Source: Candidatus Peribacteria bacterium (GTDB taxonomy: Bacteria; Patescibacteriota; Gracilibacteria; UBA1369; 2-02-FULL-48-14). From it: a stretch of DNA of 64,000 nt. Shown piece after piece: positions 9,656 to 17,219 of this stretch. Location: assembly GCA_943357175.1 (NCBI GenBank), contig CALRGE010000001.1, positions 65,232 through 129,231 on the forward strand, written 5' to 3'. The notes beneath the pieces were generated by a model that was not told the origin of the DNA, searched no databases, and saw only the letters and a program-made list of their open reading frames with translations. The translations under genes were made by a program, and so were the position numbers. How positions within the stretch are numbered: position 1 is the first letter of the stretch; every line of letters starts with the position of its first letter.

Positions 9656-10730
9656 CTTTAGTGATTATATATGGCGAAGCTATTCTATTGATTTTTGCTA
9701 ATAATTTCCAGTCAATTTTATTGCGACTTGCATAAGTGATTAAGCTTTCATCTTTTTTGGCAACGGACTCTTTACAAGAAGCAATCAGAGCCATGAGCTT
9801 TCTATGTCTCCAAAAGAAGAATATGAAGGAAATAACAAATATTGTTAATCCTGCAGATAATTCTTTTACAGGGAGTATAAAGAAAGAAAGTGTTTCCGTT
9901 TCACTTCCGCTGTATTTTGTCATTTCTTCATCTGAAATTTTTCCTACTGCAGAACTGGGTTTATAATTAAGAGTGCTTGTCGCTGTAATATAACCAATTT
10001 TTGGAGCTTGCCCCCAATTTATTTTAGGAGTGCCTGTGGATCCCGGTAGAAGTATCCCCATCTCTGTGTTTACAGAGTCAAGCTTAAAGAAAAGATTCTT
10101 TAATTCCAAAGTAGAGTTTACGGTCATGTTCATATTCCCTTCATTTTTGTAAGAATAGTTAAAATTATGAGATCCGTCCTCTTCAATACTATGTGAATAG
10201 GCGTCTGTTCCATCTGGACCCATAGTAAATTTGAATAATTTTTCACCAGACACAGATATATACATCCTAACTCCAATACGTACTACAGAAGCCATCGTTG
10301 AGCCGCTGTTACTGGATGATATGGCAGTTACAACCAATCCTCCGGCATAATCACCCGGAGATACTGAAGAAGGAATATTAACTGTAAATTTCACTGGTAT
10401 TGAAGTATTTGCTTTCATACTCAGTATATTCTTTTCAAGTTTGACCCAAGATCCTAAGAGAGTCTGCTCTTCGGAATTATCCTTTAGAGCAAAACTTCCC
10501 GAGTCAGACATAGTTGCATCTACAGCTAATACTGAAACACCGGTGTCGTAGCCTGTAGCGTTTGTTACAACAGCAACACCGCTCACACTTGCACCGGGGT
10601 CTAAAGTATAACTATACATACCGCTGGCGCTATCCTCCGGCATAATTACAACGCTACCTGCCGCAAAAACAGAAGGAACAAAAAGGGTCATTATAAACAA
10701 ACTCGTAAAAAAATAGTTTATTTTTTTCAT
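9609..10730 (-). CDS. DUF916 + DUF3324-like cell-surface protein (CscA-like architecture) with TM anchor and a short LysM-like tail
   Basis: 373 aa with a signal peptide. FALKDNSEEQTLLGSWVKL, GDYAGGLVVTAI and VVRIGVRMYISV are followed by a second beta-rich domain and then the TM segment GLTIFVISFIFFFW. The tail is LLAKINRIASPYIITKGAKILIP. Confidence 0.55.
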   Translation of the reverse strand: MKKINYFFTSLFIMTLFVPSVFAAGSVVIMPEDSASGMYSYTLDPGASVSGVAVVTNATGYDTGVSVLAVDATMSDSGSFALKDNSEEQTLLGSWVKLEKNILSMKANTSIPVKFTVNIPSSVSPGDYAGGLVVTAISSSNSGSTMASVVRIGVRMYISVSGEKLFKFTMGPDGTDAYSHSIEEDGSHNFNYSYKNEGNMNMTVNSTLELKNLFFKLDSVNTEMGILLPGSTGTPKINWGQAPKIGYITATSTLNYKPSSAVGKISDEEMTKYSGSETETLSFFILPVKELSAGLTIFVISFIFFFWRHRKLMALIASCKESVAKKDESLITYASRNKIDWKLLAKINRIASPYIITKGAKILIPHTRPISKE

Positions 10731-10731
10731 T

Positions 10732-11034
10732 TTAGTATTGATATGAATAATTATCCGGATCCACTATCTGTATGCTAACTTTGGTTTGAGCACTAACGCT
10801 GGCTTCAGGTCTTGCATCTATAATCGTGCCATCCTTGCCTAAAAGTAAAGGGTAAGCCTCTGATTTGCTTTCTGAATTGGACTCATCTGATGCAAGGGAA
10901 ACAGTACCGCTTTTAATCAAAGCGAACTCAGCATCACCTTCTTTTGCATCTGTCGAAAGTAGTGACTGTCCTCCAATTAATCCTGCAACAAAAACTGCGG
11001 AAATAATTATAGAGAATATAAAGGATTTAATCAT
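10732..11034 (-). CDS. small secreted or membrane-anchored protein of the surface locus
   Basis: 100 aa. N-terminal hydrophobic segment IFSIIISAVFVAGLIGG. Tightly packed between locus genes (2-nt gap to the next start). Confidence 0.5.
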   Translation of the reverse strand: MIKSFIFSIIISAVFVAGLIGGQSLLSTDAKEGDAEFALIKSGTVSLASDESNSESKSEAYPLLLGKDGTIIDARPEASVSAQTKVSIQIVDPDNYSYQY

Positions 11035-11049
11035 AGTGTCCGGTTAGGA

Positions 11050-11107
11050 ATTGAATGCTTACGAACGGTGATAAGAAGATCTTAACACCGTCACGTTAGA
11101 ATTCAAT
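11050..11107 (-). promoter_or_regulatory. long imperfect intercistronic stem-loop downstream of the WxL-like gene
   Basis: About 18 paired positions by hand: 11065-11070 pair with 11086-11091, and 11050-11056 pair with 11101-11107, with further pairs between. No T-run follows on the minus strand, so it is not a classical terminator. Confidence 0.35.
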
Positions 11108-11159
11108 GAATTTTAGCCTCAAACAAAGATGATTGGTAAATTTTAGAGAATGTTAGCAG

Positions 11160-11771
11160 TTAAGATACTGTGTAAGTAAGTGTAGTTGTGTAGGTAGCCG
11201 CTGGTTCGAAAGCAGGGACAATAAGTCGAAGAACAGGTTCAAAAGTACATGACATTACACGTACTACAGCAGTTCCAACCAACAGATCTTTAGCTGTTGA
11301 AGCATCATCAAGAGCACCATCTGCTCCTAGGTCAACTGCATCCTCGAATGCACTGAAGGTGTCCTGAGATCGAGTAATACCTGCTGTACAGTCAGAACTT
11401 GAAACAGCTGTTAATGCATCATTGGCGTCAGTTTCAATTGAAAGTACAGTGTTATTCATTGAATTAGCATATGGGTTCAGACTTGTGTCTTTAAAGTCAT
11501 TAGCTGTAACTTGCATTGTAAAGCCTAATGCTCCACCTCTAGTGTCTGCAAAGGCAACGCTATTGTTAGCGTACGCTTGTGTAACAGTTGTTGCTGTCAC
11601 AGACGGAACAATGTTAGGAAAGTTTTGAGATACCGGAGTAGTTAGTGTGAAAGCACCACCTGTTAACTGTGCGCTTGATGTTGTTTCAGCAGCGCTTGCC
11701 ATTGCAACCAATCCAAGGTTTGCAAGCAAAGCCATACCGATAACAACAGAAACTAATTTTTTATTTTTCAT
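11160..11771 (-). CDS. small secreted WxL-like surface protein (W replaced by F/Y); first gene of the minus-strand surface operon
   Basis: 203 aa. Signal peptide ending MASAAETT. Contains GFTMQVTANDF and the C-terminal ATYTTTLTYTVS. Paralogue of 2928-3503. Confidence 0.6.
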   Translation of the reverse strand: MKNKKLVSVVIGMALLANLGLVAMASAAETTSSAQLTGGAFTLTTPVSQNFPNIVPSVTATTVTQAYANNSVAFADTRGGALGFTMQVTANDFKDTSLNPYANSMNNTVLSIETDANDALTAVSSSDCTAGITRSQDTFSAFEDAVDLGADGALDDASTAKDLLVGTAVVRVMSCTFEPVLRLIVPAFEPAATYTTTLTYTVS

Positions 11772-11801
11772 TTTTAAGAAATGTTAGTATTAATATATAT
11801 T

Positions 11802-11821
11802 ATTAACTAGTACTAGTTAAT
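11802..11821. promoter_or_regulatory. perfect 20-bp palindrome ATTAACTAGTACTAGTTAAT (candidate operator) in the divergent promoter region
   Basis: Read directly. It lies ~30 nt upstream of the 11771 start and overlaps a possible -35 (TTAACT, 17 nt, TATATT on the minus strand). Confidence 0.45.
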
Positions 11822-12050
11822 TTCTTTGTTTGAGTGCTGAAATTTCAAGGAACAAATCTCTTTAAAATCTACCGAATCACATAACTATATCATGAATTGC
11901 ATGGCCAGTCAAACCCATATTTTTAAATTAATGTAGCCTATCTCAAAGATAGGCGATTGATAGATCTAAGTGAACACAATATTTTTTACTTTCCACGTGC
12001 AATTAGTGCTTTTTTGTGCTAAAAATTTTAGGCATTTAATTTGTTTGTAG

Positions 12051-14507
12051 ATGAGGAAAATTGCCCTATTAATTTCTTTTAGTCTTGTTTTCGGGCTATC
12101 TCCTTTGGTTTTTGCATCTGGTGAAGGATCAATTACGTCAATGATTGAAGGTGAAGGTTTTGGTGGAGATGTTGCGCCAATTTTTGAATTGCGTGCGAAT
12201 GATAAGAGTGCCAATTATAATGCGGAAACGGAAACTTATGAATTTGATTATGCTCCGGGTGCAAAATTTTCAGATATGTTTTATCTAAGTAATTTAACTT
12301 CAGATCAAACTTTGAACTTAAGTTTTTTGACTCAAGATGCATATACTGATTCTTTAGGTCAGGTGTCTTACTCTGCAGATACTCAGTATCATATTGGTAA
12401 GTGGACAACGGTTCCGAAATCTGTGGATCTTGCTGCAAGCGCAGTCCAGGAACTTCCTTTTGAAATTAATTTGCCTAATGTAGCTTCACCGACAAATGAT
12501 TTTTCAGGAGCAATTTACGTAAAAATTCAAAACTCTTCTGACACAAGCAAGTTTGCTGTGAAAATTAAAATTAAATCAACAAGCACTGAGGCGGCAGCTG
12601 GTCAGTTTAAATCTGAGTTTACTCGTAAATCTGACGGCGAGACTTATAGTGAGTTCAATTTAAAACTTACAAATGCAGGTAATACCTTCTTAAGAGGTAG
12701 TCACAAATTGGCTTCCGGTACTAATGTAATTGATGATTTGGCGCTCGGTTTGATGCCTGGTGAAACCTTAGAGAAAATTATAAAACTCGAGAAGTCTTTC
12801 GGTTCATATAGAATTTTTTCTAAGTTTGAAAATGTGAACGGAGAGCTTACAGAGAGTTTGGTTGGGACTTATTTTCTTTTCCCGCATATATATTTCTACC
12901 TTTTCATTTTCTTGCTTCTTGTTGGAGTCGGAGTTGGAGGATTCTTTATATATAGGTGGAATCCAAAGTACGCGATTATTTATGGCGTTTCGATTTTGCT
13001 TATCTCACTGGTTTTGATTTACTTTTACTATCCACGAGAAAATGCAGCGGCTGATGATAATTCTGTACTTTTGAGTCAGTTGGATTCGAAGAGAGGATCA
13101 AATTTGAGAGTTCCCGCTCAATATTCTTTGAATGGTTTTGAGCAATATTTCTTTACTGATGTCTTACTTCAAAATACTGAACTGATAAGAGATGAGGATT
13201 TTGTTTCAACGTCTAAGTCTGAAGATTTTTCTCTTGGTGATTCACAGGAAATTATTTGTGAAGATTTGCCTGATCCTATTGTAAGTTCCGAGCCGACGAT
13301 TCAGGCTGATTCAAGTTTTAAAACTCTTGACTGTGGAACTGACGCCGCTTTTACTGTTTCCTCTGATTTCCAGCCTGATTCACTATCTTTATCTGAAGTA
13401 TTCTTGGCCGGACCCGCAGGGGCAAGGTTTATTTCAGGAGTTGAAATTGCAAATAATAGTGAGAAGGCGATTCCATTAACTGATTATGCTTTCCAGATTG
13501 GAACAAAACAGATGAACTTTTCAGGAGCGATTGCCGCAAAACAAAGAAAACTGCTTTATTTGAACAGAAAGCTTGGCAGCGTTGCTTTTGGTATGAGTTT
13601 TTTGTATAAGTCAGCTGTTTTGGGAACTTTCACCTACGATCCTAAAAATGTGATGTATGCAAATACTATTTATTCCAGTGTAGCTAAATTAGGTGAGGTG
13701 GCTGCAAAAAATTTAATTCGTAGTCAAAGTGTTGCAACAAATGATACTCAAGGTGCAGGCGAATGGATCTTTTCAATTCACTCTACCCCATTCAAGGATA
13801 ATATTTTTGCGAATACAAGGCCGAAAGCCTCTTTTCAATTGTTGAGCTCTGAGGAAACTCCTGATGGACTTAAACTTAGTTTTACAGCAGCGGCCTCAAG
13901 TGATATCGATGGGGATTCTCTGAAATTTAAATGGTTTTTCAGTAATCATCAACAAGGTTTAAATGAAACTTTAAGTGGGGAAGTGGTTGATGTATTTGTA
14001 AAAAACAACAAGAATATTTCTATTGAGTTGACTGTGAGCGATGTTTTTGGTGGTGTAGATGTTATGAAGACTCAGTTTAATTTAGACAGAGAGTTTGATT
14101 TTAGTGATACAGCTCTTTTCACCCTTTACGATAATTTTAATACAGCACCTGCAAGTAATTATGCACATGGTAAAATCAGGTTTGATGATGTTTCCTCCGG
14201 TGAAACAAAAACTGCATATCTAGATAATCTTAGTGATGTTGCTGCCACTAAGATTTATTTTACGCTAGGAGCATTTGAAGGTGAAGATTCTCAAATTCTT
14301 ATTCCCGCATCGTCGGTTTTGATTCTAAATGGTTTGAGAGTTGAGGGTGGTTCGGTTACCGGTGCTACAATTTTTGATATCACAGAAATTGTACAAGAAA
14401 TGAGAAAACTTGAGATTGAGAATATTTCTCCGATACTTCAGGTGAAGTTTCCTGATGAAGTTTCTGAGGGTTACTACAGTGCATCTGTGACTTATACTTA
14501 CTACTAA
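12051..14507 (+). CDS. large surface protein: DUF916/DUF3324-like N-terminal module, TM segments, lamin-tail-like and PKD-like domains
   Basis: 818 aa with signal peptide LLISFSLVFGLSPLVFASG. NDFSGAIYVKI..FAVKIKIKS is followed by TM helices (FYLFIFLLLVGVGVGGFFIY; AIIYGVSILLISLVLIYFYY). LSEVFLAGPAGARFISGVEIANNSEKAIPLTDYAF is LTD-like. SFTAAASSDIDGDSLKFKWFFSN...IELTVSDVFGG is PKD-like. The tail is GYYSASVTYTYY. Confidence 0.65.
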   Translation: MRKIALLISFSLVFGLSPLVFASGEGSITSMIEGEGFGGDVAPIFELRANDKSANYNAETETYEFDYAPGAKFSDMFYLSNLTSDQTLNLSFLTQDAYTDSLGQVSYSADTQYHIGKWTTVPKSVDLAASAVQELPFEINLPNVASPTNDFSGAIYVKIQNSSDTSKFAVKIKIKSTSTEAAAGQFKSEFTRKSDGETYSEFNLKLTNAGNTFLRGSHKLASGTNVIDDLALGLMPGETLEKIIKLEKSFGSYRIFSKFENVNGELTESLVGTYFLFPHIYFYLFIFLLLVGVGVGGFFIYRWNPKYAIIYGVSILLISLVLIYFYYPRENAAADDNSVLLSQLDSKRGSNLRVPAQYSLNGFEQYFFTDVLLQNTELIRDEDFVSTSKSEDFSLGDSQEIICEDLPDPIVSSEPTIQADSSFKTLDCGTDAAFTVSSDFQPDSLSLSEVFLAGPAGARFISGVEIANNSEKAIPLTDYAFQIGTKQMNFSGAIAAKQRKLLYLNRKLGSVAFGMSFLYKSAVLGTFTYDPKNVMYANTIYSSVAKLGEVAAKNLIRSQSVATNDTQGAGEWIFSIHSTPFKDNIFANTRPKASFQLLSSEETPDGLKLSFTAAASSDIDGDSLKFKWFFSNHQQGLNETLSGEVVDVFVKNNKNISIELTVSDVFGGVDVMKTQFNLDREFDFSDTALFTLYDNFNTAPASNYAHGKIRFDDVSSGETKTAYLDNLSDVAATKIYFTLGAFEGEDSQILIPASSVLILNGLRVEGGSVTGATIFDITEIVQEMRKLEIENISPILQVKFPDEVSEGYYSASVTYTYY

Positions 14508-15163
14508 GCGAAGAGTTCTTCGGGTAGACTTAGCATTATTTCTTTTGCATCGTCTTTGAGTCCGACAAGTTTTTTCCAGTGTCTTTTCCTAAGTGCTTCT
14601 TTTTCCGGACTATCAAGGCCGTCTATTTCTCTTTCATGATTTTTTATAAGTCCATGTAAGTGCTTGTAAAAATCATTCACTAATTCAAGAAATCTTCTTG
14701 TACCTTCGTGATCTTTGATTGACCTCAATTGATTTATATCTCTTTCATCTGGATTAATTTCGAATGTGAATTCTTCTGAGCTCATTTGAAAAAGACTGTC
14801 TACAAGCATTATCATGCCTGCCATTGCACCTGTTATAGAATTTGCTTTCGAGCGAGCTTCGATTCGCTTTTTCTTGTTCTCGGCCGGTTCAGGTTTTATT
14901 AAAAACTTAGTATCTAAGCTGTGGCTTTTTATTGTCACAGCCCACTCAGGAAAGTTTTCTGTGTTTGCATCTGCGCCTGCTTCAATTCTACCGGCAAAAT
15001 CAGCAATCAAATCGCCGAATTTGACACCGTTCGTTGCTTTATTTATAAGGTCGCGGTTTTGCGCACAAAGCTTAAGAATTTCTAAGCCTCGGCGGATAAT
15101 CTCAGGGTTTTCTTTGTTTTCTATTATCCTTTTTGCGACGTCGATGGGTCTTACTGTTTCCAT
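14504..15163 (-). CDS. hypothetical cytoplasmic protein
   Basis: 219-aa ORF with no recognisable motif. Convergent 4-nt overlap with the 818-aa gene. Confidence 0.5.
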   Translation of the reverse strand: METVRPIDVAKRIIENKENPEIIRRGLEILKLCAQNRDLINKATNGVKFGDLIADFAGRIEAGADANTENFPEWAVTIKSHSLDTKFLIKPEPAENKKKRIEARSKANSITGAMAGMIMLVDSLFQMSSEEFTFEINPDERDINQLRSIKDHEGTRRFLELVNDFYKHLHGLIKNHEREIDGLDSPEKEALRKRHWKKLVGLKDDAKEIMLSLPEELFA

Positions 15164-15193
15164 AGAGGTCGATCCTATACCTGTTGGAGAGTT

Positions 15194-15619
15194 TTAGCAA
15201 TAGTTTTGGAGGAGCATGATATTACCCTGCTCTTTTGTCGTTTCGTAATATTTTTCGTCTGCTGTTACAAAAGTAGCGCCCTCACTAATTGCAAGTGCGT
15301 GATAGGCTGCATCATAAAATGAGATTTTTTTATATTTTTTCATTAAATCTAAAGCCAAGGTAATTTTTGATATATTCAAAATTTGTTCCCGTATAGTTGA
15401 AACTTTTAGTTTTGAGATGAAATTTAGTGCAAGTTCAGGTGCTTTTCTAGATATAGTGTTAGCCACTTCCATGTAACAATGCCCTGGTATAAGTATCTTT
15501 ATATTTCTTTCAATAAGATCATCCTGTATTTTTTCAGCTTGTTCCATGCCATTTTGTTCTTCTAATAACCATTTTATAATGATTGAAGCATCAATAACCA
15601 TAAGTTTACTCTCTTCCAT
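15194..15619 (-). CDS. vapC: PIN-domain toxin (VapC-like)
   Basis: Contains MVIDASIIIKWL (first acidic residue), ...CYMEVANT... and FYDAAYHALAISEGATFVTADEKY, which together give the typical PIN layout. Lies directly downstream of a small antitoxin-like gene. Confidence 0.8.
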   Translation of the reverse strand: MEESKLMVIDASIIIKWLLEEQNGMEQAEKIQDDLIERNIKILIPGHCYMEVANTISRKAPELALNFISKLKVSTIREQILNISKITLALDLMKKYKKISFYDAAYHALAISEGATFVTADEKYYETTKEQGNIMLLQNYC

Positions 15620-15848
15620 AATTTTTTAATTTAATAAATTCTTCAGTTGTCATCTTTAATTTTGCTTTTTTTCGCATTTCTCTAATTCCCTCAAATGCGA
15701 CCTTATTCCTAAAATCTTCCAATCCTCTTTGTATAGAATAATTCAAGAAATCGCTTCTTTCTCCATCCGGAATAAATTCTTTTATTTCTTGAAGAACATG
15801 AATATCTATCATGAAGTTAGTTTTCTTCCGTTTTGATAAGGTAAGCAT
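15606..15848 (-). CDS. small antitoxin-like protein (VapB-type partner)
   Basis: 80 aa, overlapping or abutting the PIN gene. A palindromic operator lies immediately upstream. Confidence 0.6.
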   Translation of the reverse strand: MLTLSKRKKTNFMIDIHVLQEIKEFIPDGERSDFLNYSIQRGLEDFRNKVAFEGIREMRKKAKLKMTTEEFIKLKNYGRE

Positions 15849-15851
15849 AGG

Positions 15852-15884
15852 GGGTGTAATTATTACACCCTAAATATTACACCC
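15852..15884. promoter_or_regulatory. candidate TA operator: 19-bp perfect palindrome GGGTGTAATTATTACACCC plus a third half-site ATTACACCC
   Basis: Read directly: palindrome at 15852-15870, extra half-site at 15876-15884. It starts 4 nt upstream of the antitoxin start codon. Confidence 0.55.
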
Positions 15885-15914
15885 ATTATGTCAGACTAGT
15901 CAAGTCTGTGTAAA

Positions 15915-16391
15915 CTACTCACCACTTCCAACTTGAACTTTTGCAGGGCGGATTGTGCGACCGTTGAAGCTGTAACCTTTTTCGAAGATTTGTAAAACTT
16001 GATCAAGTGGTCCCGGTGCTTGAAGAACGACTTCGTGCTTATTTGGATCCGCAGGCACACCTGTTTCTGCAATCACGGAGAGGCCTAGTTTTTCGAGTTC
16101 GCCGAGTAAGTTTTTCTCGATTGCTTGAACACCTTTTAGCCATTCATTGTTTTGCAGTTCTGCAGGAACGGTTTCAAAGGCGCGGGCGAGATTGTCTATA
16201 ACAGGGAAAATGGCTTGAAGTAGACGCATATTCGCGAAAACTTGAATTTCGCCACGGTCTTCTTCAGCACGACGTTTGTAATTTTGAAAGTCGGCGAGGG
16301 TGCGTTTTGCTGTTTCGGTCATAACTGCAAGTTCTTCTTGAAGCTTGGCAAAGTCAGCTTGTACTTGTTCAATGTTAATTTCGTCTGTCAT
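15915..16391 (-). CDS. grpE: nucleotide exchange factor GrpE (short form)
   Basis: LADFQNYKRRAEEDR motif, plus the C-terminal beta domain FEKGYSFNGRTIRPAKV. 4-nt overlap with hrcA. Confidence 0.9.
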   Translation of the reverse strand: MTDEINIEQVQADFAKLQEELAVMTETAKRTLADFQNYKRRAEEDRGEIQVFANMRLLQAIFPVIDNLARAFETVPAELQNNEWLKGVQAIEKNLLGELEKLGLSVIAETGVPADPNKHEVVLQAPGPLDQVLQIFEKGYSFNGRTIRPAKVQVGSGE

Positions 16392-17107
16392 AGTTCGTTT
16401 GAGTTAAGTAAGTCGCGGATTTCTTTGAGTACCGCGTTGTTATATGCGTATGGCATACGCTTTGGGCCAAGAATTCCTATGTATCCTTTATAGCCTTCAT
16501 ATTGGTAACTTGTCACTATTAGAGAGCAACTTTCGATTGTCGGGAGAATATTTTCTTGGCCAATGAAGATTTTCACCTCGTTGCCGATGTCGAGTGTTGC
16601 AAGGCCTTTAAGAAATGCGTGGTCATCTTCAATTACTTCCATAACTTGGCTGGCTCGAACTGGTTCCATGGCGAATTCCGGTTGGAGTAAAATTTTTGAA
16701 AAGCCCATAAAAAATGTTCTGTTGTTTTCAGGGATTGTGGCGAAGGCCATATTAGGTGTTGCTTCGGATAGTAATTTTACCGCACCGTGAACTTTTTGCT
16801 TCACGATTCCTGCAAGGTGAGATTTTCGAAGCTCGTGAATTTTTTTGCTTGCGATTAGAGTTGCACGGTCCCAATCTGCGAGTTCATCAACGTAAAGGCG
16901 GTATCCTGCATCTGTTGGAACTCGACCTGCGGAAGTGTGAGGTTGAAAAATCAGTCCTTCCTCTTCGAGTTCGGCCATGTCGTTTCGAACGGTGGCTGGA
17001 GATACATCGAACTTGTAACTAACAATTATTGTTTTTGAACCAACAGGTTGGGCTGTTTCAATAAAGTGTTCTACAATCGCGCTGAAAATTTGTTTTTTTC
17101 TGTCCAT
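16388..17107 (-). CDS. hrcA: heat-inducible transcription repressor HrcA (short, 239 aa)
   Basis: N-terminal wHTH IVEHFIETAQPVGSKTI...SPATVRNDMAELEEEGLI.QPHTSAGRVPTDAGYR. C-terminal GYIGILGPKRMPYAYN. Confidence 0.85.
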   Translation of the reverse strand: MDRKKQIFSAIVEHFIETAQPVGSKTIIVSYKFDVSPATVRNDMAELEEEGLIFQPHTSAGRVPTDAGYRLYVDELADWDRATLIASKKIHELRKSHLAGIVKQKVHGAVKLLSEATPNMAFATIPENNRTFFMGFSKILLQPEFAMEPVRASQVMEVIEDDHAFLKGLATLDIGNEVKIFIGQENILPTIESCSLIVTSYQYEGYKGYIGILGPKRMPYAYNNAVLKEIRDLLNSNEL

Positions 17108-17151
17108 CGCGATATTTATACTTTAAATCTCGTTTTTTCACAACCGGAGGC

Positions 17152-17179
17152 TTGCTTTATCTTAAAAAACATGTATAGT
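17152..17179 (+). promoter_or_regulatory. sigma70-like promoter for the 17220 gene
   Basis: TTGCTT (17152-17157), 16-nt spacer, TATAGT (17174-17179), about 40 nt upstream of the ATG. Confidence 0.35.
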
Positions 17180-17219
17180 ACCTCTCACGAAGATCTATAA
17201 TAAGCCAAAAAAACCACAA

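Noticed and set aside
17108-17219. A CIRCE operator upstream of hrcA.
   Set aside because: No TTAGCACTC-N9-GAGTGCTAA-like inverted repeat was found by eye. Only a sigma70-like promoter for the divergent gene was seen.
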